A DNA stretch of 64,000 bases, from the NCBI GenBank assembly GCA_002633005.1, contig NMRA01000012.1, positions 1,258,564 to 1,322,563 on the forward strand, in the 5' to 3' direction. Positions 25,505 through 37,646 of this stretch are shown here, one piece after another. The notes under the pieces are model-generated. The model had not been told where the DNA came from and ran no database searches. It worked only from the letters and a program-made list of their open reading frames with translations. The stretch is from Phoronis australis (Eukaryota; Animalia; Phoronida). Every line of letters begins with the position of its first letter. Position 1 is the stretch's first letter. The translations under genes and the position numbers were made by a program.

Positions 25505-26220
25505 TTAAAGGTTGTTTTTAGAAAAATCTCCAAATTTGGCTAACTTCGGAACATCTCATCTCAGAAATGGCTGATTTGGTTCATGTGATACTTTCACATA
25601 TTGAGGTAATTTGCCACTTATATCGCACAAAAATAATTGCGAAAATTATCATTGCCTTATTACAAGTATTGGTAGCTTTACCAAATATTTATGACATCTA
25701 CACAACGCAAACCTAGCTAATCATAGACTATAATGTTATTCATATATGCCGAAAATTTTGTCCAAATAAAGTTAAGTTTGCCTACCATATTATATGCTAG
25801 ACAGGCGAAGAATCACCATGGGCTTTATGCGCTGTTCTCCGAAATGCTCTTCAAAATTTTTTGAAAACGCTGCACTTTTGCATGATAAACAATATAAAAA
25901 GTTTTGATACAGTTTTTATGAAACAAATCAAGTCGCGTCAATGGAGTACGAAATGATAATTTAGAAAATTGTAAGGGCATTTTTAGATTTTGTCTTGAGC
26001 ATTGATATCAAATGACTTATGGTCAGTGTTATTGATACCGTTACTTTGTTACGAATGTACCTTTCTTTTTGCTAGATTTTGCTAATAAAGTCATGGTCAC
26101 ATGACTGGTACAAAGTAAAAGAAATAAATCCTACACAGACTTTCTACTTTCAGAAAATATGGAGTTTTACAATTTAAGAACTAAAGTTTTGTATGTATGT
26201 GGCTAAATACACTGACTGCT
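25505..26220. mobile_element. Older relative of the 4345-5105 TIR element
   Basis: Shares gaaaattgt...cattttt(t)agat.ttgtcttga, tgataccgtt...cctttcttttt(t)gcta and ctttctactt.cagaaa with 4807-5010. Starts at ttaaagg. Confidence 0.5.
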
Positions 26221-28878
26221 CATATATAAGCTTGTTGTATTTATTTTTTTTTTCAATATATTCAGTCGCTTGAACACTGCCACTATCCTCCTTTTTGCAA
26301 GTCTTGTTTCACACTGCGTTTGTTTGGATTGTGTAATCTTACTGTGGACAAGATTAAAAGTGAACCCAGATTGGATTATTTATGTACATTTGCAAGTAGG
26401 TGCTTCAATCTGAAAGGGGCTGTAAAAAAGTGGAACTTATTTCTAAACATGTGCTCAGTGTGAAGCCAGTGTAAATCTAAACATATTGCATGAATTGAGC
26501 TCCATGTGACTGACATCTGTGCTTTATGTCTCTCTTTCTGTTTATGTCAGTGTAAACATTTCTGTCTACTGAACTTTTCATTTACTAGGCATCTCTCTCA
26601 AATGTTGGCCCCAGACTAGTTTGTCAAACTACAATACCACCATCCCTAGGGAGTTAGAAAATGCATTGTATGCTTGACCTAATTTTTTGTGTCAGGTGCT
26701 TCTGAGTTGAAACTAACAGCGAAAAGTGATCCGTTGCGCATCCATGGATATTATAAGGTACCTGCTTGTTTTGCCAATTTCCTGGTGGCAGTGTTGCAAG
26801 TTGCAGTGCAGAAGGAAACCTATGCTGGTGTAAGAACTATGACTTCAATAAATGTGTGAACTGTTGCAGTCTTAAATATATGAGGTGTTGTGGGTAAATG
26901 TCATTGAACATGGCATGATGGTGTGGTAGTTGGGGATGGGCCTATTGCAACGTGCATGATTTTGGTGTTGTTAGGTTGCAGAACCTATGGAGATGACCTA
27001 GGGAAAAATGTTTCTTGTGAACTTGAATTACCCCAAAGGATAAGTGATGTGGAAATAAGTCTTCCACCAAGCTGAAAAAGCAGAACTCGTCAATAGGATT
27101 ATATTCATAACTTGCCACAAACATTTTGTTAATATCTTAGGAGGAAAGTTGACAACTGAGCCTTATTATGTAAGGGAAGACTGATTCTAAGTCTTGTTAA
27201 TTGCCATGTCCAAGAAATGTTCTGTACCACCTTCAGGCACAGATCGGGGCAGGAAGTTTGAGGGGTACAAGTGCAACCTCCCCCNCCCCCCCCCCCCCCC
27301 CCCTGTGTCTGTTCATAGTGTAGCCCATGGGTCATGGCACTGTAGCTGTAGCTGATTCTTTAATTGACCTTTTTACAGCTGGAGATTTGTTTGTGGGGAT
27401 ATCTATCTTACTCACCACACGTTAGCCAGAAATGTAGGTGTATGTTTTCTGGTTTCATTAGTTGGTTTCATTGTGCTTAAAATGCCAACTTCCACAATCC
27501 ATTGCAGATATGTCTCGGGCCTCAGGGCTTAATCTTTTTACAGGAAATGGAACCCGAAAATATTTTTGATACAAACTCAAAATAATTATCTATTATTTCG
27601 TGCTTGAGTACATTGTGGATAACACAAGTGATTGTGCAGTTTAAATTCGCACTTGATGACCTATAGATTTGTGCTACAAACTAGGGTAAAAGCATAGGAT
27701 TTTGAGTAAAACTCAAGTTTTCTAGTTCAGACTTGAACTTATAGCTGGGGTCATCAACTGCAAAATAGGATTACGATGTCATCCACGTAAACCATAATAT
27801 ACTCCAGCGTAGAATATTAGAAACTTATCTTAAGTTTGTACGGAAGTAGATTGGAAAATGATTTCAAACCATGGAAATGCCAGTGATTGGATCCTCTCTA
27901 GGAGACCCGTTGTTGACAAGTGGTTGATTTGGTTTCAGTTTTCTATGAGGAGGGGAGGTGCAATTAGTTACTATTCAAAATTAAGACTGCTTAGTTCAAG
28001 CCGTTGCCAACTTCAAAATCAAAAAATGAATAAAAGATGAGCACATGGTTGGTGAAAGTCTGTGGAATGGCTAGGTTAAAAAATTAGGTGATCCTGCCAT
28101 CGCTTGTGCAAGTTTAGTTGAAAAGATTTTAATATTCTTAACATTCTTGCAGACAACCAAGGAAAACAACATGAAGCTAACCATTGGTTCGAAGTATGCA
28201 AATTATCTACTTTATTTTAAAGGTGTTAAAATTTGCATTTTATGTCTTATTTCTGTGAGTAAAATTAGTTACAAGAACTGACAGGGATGAATGAACATGC
28301 TAATTAGGTAAAGCCAAAATCCCAAGTTTGAAACCAGGTATAAATTAACTTTGCAGTATCAAATCTTCCCGGTGAAGCTGTCAATGAACTCTATTCGGTC
28401 CTTGATGTTATCTGATCACCATCCTAAAAACGTGACCTAAAAACGATGGTTTTCAATTATGGCGTTGCACATGGCTTTAAGAAGGGTTTAAGACTGAAAA
28501 TAGCAACCTGTTTGGGATTCCTGACATATCACCTCCTGAGCTTTTTATGTGCCATTCCTGTGACCCATGTCACTCCTGTTGTTTGCTTGGTTATGTTATT
28601 TAACATATGTCATCTGGGACTGTTGAAGTTATCCCTGTGTTTATAAACACCTGAGTTTATGACCTGGCCGTCTTGTCTGGATGCAAGCTGAGTCTCTGCT
28701 TAGATCAAATTTGAGGTGCAGTGCAAAGAATTTACTGGGCAAATCACAATCCACATTGAATGCCTGGTTGAAATCTGGCATACTTGTGAAATGCATTGTT
28801 TTTGAAGTACAGCAGTATGGGTATAAATGTTTTATAGAGTTCCGCTTCCAACTTTCACAATAAACCTATGAGCTCTGC

Positions 28879-29030
28879 AACCAATTAGCCAATGAGGTTT
28901 TGCCTGACAGGAGTGCCCCAAGGGGATGGTGAGTGACAGGCTAGTATTTGCACGTTTTGTAGATGTTGTGCCTGGTGCCTGAGAGAGAAGACACTTATAA
29001 AACGCTGGCCAACAAATGTGTACCTGTTAC
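28879..29030 (+). promoter_or_regulatory. Candidate intronic TATA promoter
   Basis: Tandem CCAAT boxes (aaccaattagccaatg, 28879-28894) about 100 bp upstream of TATAAAA (28996-29002). Confidence 0.3.
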
Positions 29031-29317
29031 ACCTGCTAGACACTTATTATTTACTTGACTGTTTTCTAACTGTGCCACTGAAAATTATCTGATACAACAC
29101 TTCACTGCTAAATTATTCACACACTATAACTATAACTTCTCTACTATGAACAGTGAACTTCAGATGGATACACAACTGCTTCTAGTAATGCAGAATGTTC
29201 AAACCAACAGTTGAATACCGAGACTGCTGAATATGTTTTACAACAGGACTGTGTGAGACGAGCATGTCATGAATCCAGGAAGCAAATCCATTTGGTACAT
29301 GTTTCTTGAAAAGTGCA

Positions 29318-29515
29318 TTGTCTTTTGACTTTTGGCTAAAAATCAATCTGTGGATGGCTAAAATGCCAGGAAATTACTCTACAACTGGAAGTCAAGAGAC
29401 AGAAATCCATACTCTGCTCGACTAGACAGAGGACAAAACATTTTGCCAAAGACAAAGAAATCAACTTTTGGCTGTTCATAATCAAATTTCTGGCTTGGCT
29501 AAAGTCAAAAGACAA
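29318..29515. mobile_element. Small element with terminal inverted repeats (MITE-like)
   Basis: ttgtcttttgacttt at 29318 pairs with aaagtcaaaagacaa ending at 29515. Confidence 0.45.
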
Positions 29516-31397
29516 AAGCCCATTCCAGCAACAGGCCGTTGATGTTTGTTTAGATGTTTGTGCTGAAATTTCATGGCACGCATAAATTAGGTGTAAAAAG
29601 TTTCAGTCACGATCAATATCAGCTTCTTGTTAAATCACATTTTTAAACATACTTAATGCTATGTGTCGGCAATTTGGATTGTTGTTTGGATATGGACGAG
29701 AGTGTGCCCTCGGCGATTCAGATGTGCGCTGGATGCGATTTAGTCTGAAGCAGACTAAGTATTTTCTTACTTCACTGGATAACCTGAGGCATACTATGGA
29801 TTTGTCTTCACGAGAATAAGGAAATCATATAAGAAAACAAACTGATGGACGCGGTATACCTCAGGTGGTTAGTACTCGTATGTATTCTGTAATCCTTAGT
29901 TTTGTAGCCATTTTGTCTCTCCAGAATTGCACCATTATTACGTCACAGTAGTACTGTGAGAGCATGTGCCGTTCACTTGGCCAAGTTTCAAATTCTGGTG
30001 TGCAAGATGGGCGAATAGCAATTTCTTTCATTCGCATTTATTTCGAGTTGTTGGAATTTGGTGGCAATCATTTGTGTTTTACACCATGCAATGATGGTAA
30101 TTTGACGGCATGATACTCACAAAAATAATTTTTGAAAGGCTGGAAAATCCCACTGCGCTATATTTAAACAAAATGCTGAACCCTGTCCACCAATTTCTCT
30201 GTCGTCATCTAGGGAGTTGGCATATTTCGTTATGTTGGCGCAATGTCGGAGAATGGCTCTTAGTCTTGTGTTGTTACTCAGACTACAGTTTGTGTAGTTT
30301 CTATTCATGGTTATAGAATTTATGCTAATTGTGTGATCAGTGGTGCGTGAAATGTTTGAAGTGTAGCCTGAAAATGAAACAAATCGAATGATTCCAGTCC
30401 ACTAAATAAAAAGACTATCAAAGTCCATCGGGACATGCTTATAACCGTAAATTGAGCTCCCTGACTGTATTGTACAATATATCTCCCCTAATGCCTTGTG
30501 GTGTACTTGTCTTGCAATTTAATGTTACAAGCACTGTGTGTTTATGAAAAGCAGGTCTCGGAATGTTGATCATTTCTGCAAAAATACTGGTTTCTGAGAT
30601 TCTGAAACAAGTGGAGATATTTTCTTTCTAAGAAATGCAATGGTGCAGGAAGTTATGGAAGTTCTTTTGTGAGGAAAATGTAATAGTTGAAATATTCTGG
30701 TAATTCTGCTTTCTCAAATTCAGTATGTCTGAATATTTTCAATACTATTTTGAACCCATAATTTAGTTAAAGTTTGTAGTAAAAGTTCTTGTAGTTTCTC
30801 TGATGCAAGCCTGGTCGTTTTCAATTGGATCTATAGTTCAGACTACAGTCAAGAGAGATCGAAATGAACCCATAGCCAACCAGTGTGGTCGAACCATTGA
30901 CTTTGACTCTAACTATGGCCCAACCTTCCTGCGGACATGGATAAGGGTTGTCAGAAGATGGCGACGTCCGAGTCGTTGCTAGAAAATTGAACAATATCTT
31001 TGATTAATATGTGGCATTGCCCAAAATAACCAATAAACTGCATCGAAAATGCAAAGTTTGCATTAACTAAATAATAGGGAATGTAAGTTACTTTGCTATT
31101 TAGATGTATTGTTTTATTCTTAATGTGTACGCACTTTATTTTATTGATCGGTTAGGTGACGTTCACATGCTTACTTCAGTGCCACTTCAGTACGCGTGTC
31201 TTTTTATGCGCCATGTTTACAAGTGTATTGCTGTCACCTCCGTCTGGGCGGACAACGGTCACCTGGCATCTGCTACAGTGATCTCTTAAACCCTAGCTGG
31301 ATTTTTGTGAAATTTGTTGAGTGTGTTCCAGTCTGATAATGGGTAGAGGCACTTTATGGACGGATCTGACTACCGATGTACTCCCTAATGTCCCTTA

Positions 31398-32145
31398 TTT
31401 TTTATGCGTCCACATATTTATGTATGGGTAAATTATGCTGTCATCCTTGTCTGGCTGGTATCCACCCTGAATCCACTGCTCTGTCTCCAAAACCTTTGTA
31501 TGTATGTTCATGAAATTTTGCAGATGTGTTCCTTTCATGGATGGGACGGCTTGAGCAAATTTTCAAATGGATCCTACAGCTGGTGTGTCCCCTAGTGGCA
31601 GTTTTAGTTTTTTAAATTTTCCACTGTATCTTTGAATTTTCATAAAATGTGGCAAATGGGTATCTAACAGTGAGGTGTAACCATCATCCCGTTTTTGGAT
31701 GGATTTGAGGCATTTTGCGCCATCTAATGACTATTTTTCTGGTTTTTTTGGCGTCTGCCCCTCTATCAGCCAAAACACTCTAAGAAAGATTATGAAAATT
31801 GGCATATAAGGTGAAGGTAGCTAGCGATGATTTTCAAATGACTCCAACTACTGTGATGCCTCCTAGTCCTAAATCCTTTGCTGGATCCTTGTTGAGTTTG
31901 GCAACTGTTTTTGTAAGATGACAACAGATAACTTTTGGACAGATTCGACTACTGCTGTGGCCCTTAGTGGCAATTTTATTTCTCCCATTTTATTCTCCAT
32001 CTTTGAAGTTCCGTAATGTGTTTTTTATGAAATTTGGCAAATACGTTTATGAAAAGGGCAATGGCACCATCCTGTTCTCAGATGAATTTTATGAAGTGTA
32101 TGCCTCCTAGTGGTCATTTTTATTACTTTCAAATCCATCTCTATC
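31398..32145 (+). mobile_element. HINE/Helentron-like element with internal tandem subrepeats
   Basis: Its 5' part (ccacatattta..caaaacc..gttcatgaaattttgca..gttcctttcatggatgggac) is homologous to 48605 onward. Recurring ctagtggc..tttta blocks. Confidence 0.7.
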
Positions 32146-32350
32146 GGGCAAACCACTACATGTTCTGTAGTGTAGCTACCGTCAGAAACTGCTGTTGATA
32201 TTCGCAACAATGTTAGAAACCATCGAAGAAATGAAAAGGGGAATTTTTACGTTTATTTTCGTTTGAAGTTGGTGATAAATTACTGTATTTATTAGTTAAT
32301 GTAGCATTTTATGATCATATGGAACATAAAATTACTCATTATATATACAT

Positions 32351-33172
32351 ATAGATTATTACATGGCGAAGTCGTTATCCCCCATATTCTAGAGCCCGAG
32401 TGGATATTGGATAATTCTCCAAAATCCACGAGGGCTCTAGATAAAGGGGATAACGACTGAGAACATGTTATAATCTATTTATACCACATACTGAATGAGA
32501 AACATTGCAATGAATCGATCTACCCTTCTCGACTCGCCTCGGCTTTTGTAACTACTTCCAATGTCAGGGGCCTGAGGTTGGAGGTCGTGACCTTTGAGGA
32601 AATGCCGAGTTTTTCTTGTTAAAATGTTTTTTACTTAAAACCAAATAAAAATTGAACCAAAATAGAACTAAAGTGAATCTGTAAAGTAATTTTTATTTTC
32701 AGCAACTACTCCAGCTTACTACACATCTTATCACGCTAAGCTTCCATCGTGAAAATATCGTCTGCTAAATTAGGTTACCACTGGTTACTGAGTCCAAGTT
32801 AAAGCAACCCGACCACACGTCATTCACATTTAAACTGGAGATCGATGATTTACAAGTGAGAGAAAATGAAGATAAATTTTACTCAATTAAAGATGTCGTT
32901 TTTATTGAAATTTTGCGTCTTATTTTTCATAGCACAATGCCGTTTGTTGAACATGCAATTATTGCGCGTGCTCATGTAAGTATTCTATTTTCACGTTCGA
33001 TGATGTCAACCGCTGAGTGATGTAGTGGTAAAGTCAACGGCCCGAAACTCTTGCAGAGCGGGTTCGAAACCAGCCTTGGTTTCCCGCCAAAATGTTATTT
33101 AACGCCGTTACATAACTAAATGGGTTGTTAAACGGTTGTATTGGCCATTTGAGGCTGATATTGTGGTATAAA
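32351..33172. mobile_element. Crypton-like (CryptonV-type) non-autonomous element
   Basis: 128-bp terminal palindrome (atagattat..tcgttatcccc..tctagagccc // gggctctaga..ggggataacga..ataatctat, 32351-32478). Then tttataccaca (32478) inverted with tgtggtataaa (33162-33172). Confidence 0.55.
33012..33080 (+). pseudogene. tRNA-derived sequence (pol III A/B boxes)
   Basis: A box tgatgtagtggta and B box ggttcgaaacc at tRNA-like spacing. The anticodon and acceptor stems are imperfect. Confidence 0.55.
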
Positions 33173-34057
33173 AATGTATATTAAGATAGATGATACTGTC
33201 ACTAGTAAAATGACGCAACACAAAAAGGAGCCATTGACTATCAATTGGCTAAAAAAGCACTTATAAATAATTGAGTGTCTTTCCCATCATTGTCTTTTTA
33301 ACCAATTTTATAACCCAAAGGATAGAAGTGCTATCGCTATTTGCTATTCTTGCTTTAGAAACTGGGTCATAAGTTTGATCATCCCCCCACCACCCACTGA
33401 CATCAGTCACAGCAGTGAAAACATCCCTGGGTCAGATTATCTTTTCTCTGGTCTCCATTCCAGTTGAGCTGTGTTTTTATTCAGCCACACAGACCTCTGA
33501 AGCAACACCCTCCCAGACATATATTGCCTTGTTTCTACCCATCCCTATTTATACACTCCACAGGAGATCCAATACCTGACTGGCCATGTGTAATACTCAC
33601 TAGTAGCCAAGTACTACCAGCCCTGATGGACCTTGAATAGACTATGTCTAGCCAGTCTAATGTCTTATTAACCCTATTCCAGCCATTGTCCTGGGCTACA
33701 GTTGAACCCTGCCTGAATACAAGAGCCACTGTTGGTTCACCTGATAAATCCAGCTATTGATTACTTTGTCTGGGTCTACACATTCATAGAGTTTGTTAGA
33801 CCAATACACACACACACACATACACACAGAGTGGCATGTTTGTCTGAAAGCCTGCTACTACAGTACTATTAACAACCACTGCCAGGAGTGCGTGGGGGTT
33901 ACACTCCTATCACACTGTCTGTTACCAGTATTACTCCAGCTCACATACACACACAGACAGGCAAGCAGGCAGGTTCATACAGAGATAACTGCTCACACAG
34001 ACAGCCTGCTGCACTGTCCAACAGTTTGGGGTAGAGCTCTCAGCTCATTGCCGCTGA

Positions 34058-34100
34058 ATGAATGTGTACAAGAACTCTGCTGCTTTTGCCACTGGTCAAG
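34058..34100 (+). CDS. Candidate alternative first coding exon (MNVYKNSAAFATGQ, phase-1 end)
   Basis: ATG 34058, 14 codons + 1 nt, donor AAG|GTAATT at 34100/34101. It is preceded by a C/A-rich UTR-like tract (33800-34057) that differs in composition from the flanking T-rich intron. Confidence 0.5.
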
Positions 34101-35345
34101 GTAATTAATCTGAATTCTACTTTCCATTTGGGTTAACTTTGCTAATGTTTGTTATTTGCAGTATTGGAGGTCGTCTCTTAGAACTTGCGCTTTTGACCTG
34201 TATGTGTGTGAGTCATTGTGTCAATTGGGTAGGCTTTTCCCCTATTTAGAAGTATCAAATCATTATCTCATGCGTTGAAATGAGTCAATGCCATGAAACT
34301 TACTAAATTCACATGCAGCTCTCAAATGATCAAGTGGAAATATAAGGGTCAAGATGTTACTGTGAACTATTTAACCCAATCTGAGATGAGGTGTGTTATA
34401 TGAGAAAGATGAGAGGGGGAATTTTCAAGGAGCGTGTGAATATTTTACAAAATGTCGCTCATTTGGCAATGACTCTGAAGTATTGGTTTGTTTAATGAAA
34501 GTGAGTGTTAGCTTGTAATTTCGAAGGAGTCAAGCCTTGGCAAACATTTGCAAACCTCGGTGTAATCCATTGATTGTGTTCTGTCCTAATAGAATGCCTG
34601 TTTGATAGCGGTATGTTTTTCCTGTTAGTATCTGCCGGTTGCCCTTAAAATGTTTAGAAATTGGCTCTTAATAGGCTTGTATTGTATTGATTCTCTCAAA
34701 TCTCATTTGATTTTGTAAGATATGAGAACCTTTATAAGTGAATTTAGATCTATACTAAGAACAACAGAAAGATGTAAGGTGTAATATTGATGTAAAGAGG
34801 GTTGGTATCGAAGACATATTCAAATATTTCTTGTTGAAAGTAGGTGTGCTATGCTCGTCATGCAATTGATCATGTAAATTTCTCTTTATAAATCCATCTT
34901 GAACGGTCAATTTGTAGGTCAATTTATATTTTTGCTAGAAAGAACAGCAAACTGGTGTGTTTTCTTAATGTAAAAGCATGCGCAAGAAACTTCAGGCAAA
35001 AACTCTTTGCTCATGAAACCAAAGCAATGAATTTTCTCCCGTGATTCATGAGTCCAGTCTCGCCAGCCAATTGCTTTAGTGGCGGCAACATTGCAAGTGT
35101 TCTCTACTTGGGTAATGAGCTTACCTGTGAAAACGCTCGACTTTCACTTGTGTATTTCTTCATGGTCTCGTAACAAACTCGCTCCACGTTATACATCACA
35201 TGGGATCTATGATTTGTGCTGCCACCTGGTTAAGTACAATACTTCTTCCTTGTTAACGAAGTAATGGAAAACGTTTCTGAAACTAATATTATGATCATGT
35301 GAGCAAGCATACTTTAGCAATGAAGCGTTAATATGAAAATGGTTG

Positions 35346-35498
35346 AAAATGTCAGGATGAGCACTGTGAAAAGTCCTGCCCACACACAGCCTACCCAAAA
35401 TGTCAGGATGAGCACTGTGAAAAGTCCTGCCCACACACAGCCTACCCAAAATGTCAGGATGAGCACTGTGAAAAGTCCTGCCCACACACAGCCTACCC
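35346..35498. repeat. Perfect 51-bp tandem triplication spanning a MITE junction
   Basis: aaaatgtcaggatgagcactgtgaaaagtcctgcccacacacagcctaccc at 35346, 35397 and 35448. Confidence 0.95.
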
Positions 35499-35893
35499 TA
35501 GAACAACTTGCACTAGTGCAACTTACCCCACTTTTAAGTGGAGCGTCCAAACACACGCATCCGATAAACGGGCAAGACGGAAGTTGTCGCTCGGTGTGTG
35601 ACAATGCACACATATTGCCAATATGGCGCGTAAGAGAAAACACGTCTGTATGTAACTACAGCTGATAATTACTTCTGCCCTACTCCATTTTTGCGACCAC
35701 ACAGCGATTACAAAGTGGTGCAAGTTATGCTGGAACAAGTTACCCCACCTTGATAATGTGGAGTATGTTGTCATAAGTGGGGTAAGTTGTGCTAGCTTAA
35801 AACAGCGTCCAGACAGCACTCAAACCTAGTGACAACCCATTGCAGCACTGGAGTAACTTATTGTAGGGTAAGTCTATGTGTGGATGGCACTTA
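35472..35893 (+). mobile_element. PIF/Harbinger-like MITE
   Basis: Imperfect TIRs (..cccacacacagcctaccctagaacaac / gtaacttattgtagggtaagtctatgtgtggatggcactt). Homologous along its length to 45463-46003. Confidence 0.75.
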
Positions 35894-37589
35894 AGTCTCA
35901 AGTTGAGCTGTAATGTTGATTAGGGATAGTTCCTCACAGCAGAAACTAGGCAGACAGGGGCAGGGAATTAATTACATCATTCAGGCAGATAACTGGCTAT
36001 TATCTACGACCTGTTTTGTAGTAATCCAAGGGATTTATTTGATAGACTTAACACATGGAACTGTCTTAGACAATGTGGGTTGTGAGTGTGTCCTGCCTTG
36101 TTGAAGATAAGCTGATAATGGCTAAACCTGGCTTGTTTTGGTGTGTATGAGTAAACTCGATAGAGAATCTTGCTTACTGGTTGTGAGGTGTGTATTTTTG
36201 AAGGTGAAAAATGTGCCAAGACAACTGTCCTCTGGATAAAGCTTGGAATAATAGTTCTTTGAGAATTTTATTTGATCAGCGGCATGTACCATAAAGGCAA
36301 CACGCTCACGACGATATTTTCGTATGAAACAGAACGGACTGACTACTTCAGTGGTGGCCGTTTTGCTAATCTGTGCTAGAAAGGCCTGTAGCTTACTTGC
36401 AGAACGCGTCATTTTATTTACCATAGTCTTGCGTGATTTTGCTTTTCTCGCATGAAATTTGCTATGTGGAACGCACATCTGGTGAAGGTTTGGCTTATAC
36501 ATACATTCAACTTTTTCATTTTAACTAGTGCACTGCAAACTAATACCCTGTTGTATATATGTTTAGTAAATGGTGAGTTTTGTTTATGTTTAGCAATACC
36601 ACATGTCTTCTGAAGAAATAATTCAACTCATGAAATGGGGCATGTTACCCCATCATAGTTTTGTGGAATTACGGTATGGCCAGGTGGATCTCATAGTTGG
36701 TGTTTGCTGCTTCTCAAACATTCTGCCGTGGCTCAGTGTTTTAGCTGACTATCAATTCAAATGATCGAAGGTTGGAAATGTTTGCTTGCTTTTATTATTT
36801 ATCTTGTCTCATTTTGCTCTGTTCCAAATTGCAAAAAAATGTTGTTCTGTATAACTCATAACTGTAGGTATAAATGTACTTGGAAATTTTGATGTACAGT
36901 TTCCATTAAATTTTTACGATCTCATAAAAAAACTCTGCTGGTCTTGGAATTGTATAACCAGTTTACCAGTGGTCCTGCTCAGCTATTCACTCTAGACTCT
37001 GTTGTGTTCATTTACCAATGCGATTAATTGATCACCTCTTTCGTATGTGGGTGTGCTTGCCATACTACAAATGTTACTCAGCAAAGGAGTGGCTACTCAG
37101 ATCTGTATGTTCCTGCTCACTGGTGCAAATCACTATGGCTCTGGCTAGGTTTTGTGGATTAAACTTGACCCATTTTTATATCCAGCAGTAACTATGTTCC
37201 CAGATGAGAATGGTCACCCCTGTCTGCTCCACATGACCACAGTAAAGGTAGTGAGTACTTCATGCCTTCTCACACTGGGGTGCAAGTCTGGTGGGAAAGT
37301 AGGTCAAAGTTCATTGGGTTGATGATGTTGGTGAAACTGGAAGTATGATTTAGCGTGTTTTGTGGTAATAGATACTCACAGGGAGTAATACCTATTACCT
37401 ATCAAACTGGTTCTTAGAATGCGGGATCCCTGGCTTATTGCTTATTTTGCAATTTTTTGGAAGCAGTTCTTTTTTGAACTAATGCTTTTGATGTTATACC
37501 ACATTCACTTGTTTTGCTGGATGCAGGATTATAAATCAAAATTTCTAGAAAAACCATTGTTATTTTCTCGTAACATTGAAGAGTTGCTT

Positions 37590-37646
37590 GGCTGCTTGTA
37601 CTGGGGAAGGTGATTGGCTGCTTGTACTGGGGAAGGTGATTGGCTG
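37590..37646. repeat. 26-bp tandem duplication
   Basis: ggctgcttgtactggggaaggtgatt x2, plus a partial third copy. Confidence 0.85.

Noticed and set aside
27279-27303. Poly-C tract as a G-quadruplex regulatory element
   Set aside because: A homopolymer containing an ambiguous base inside a probable small TE remnant. Its length is unreliable.
33012-33080. Functional tRNA gene (also 63611-63680)
   Set aside because: The anticodon and acceptor stems do not pair properly, and the B box of the second copy is mutated. Treated as tRNA-derived relics.
35207-35665. Repeat-containing ORFs of 92-110 aa on both strands
   Set aside because: An artefact of a 51-bp (multiple of 3) tandem repeat plus MITE sequence.
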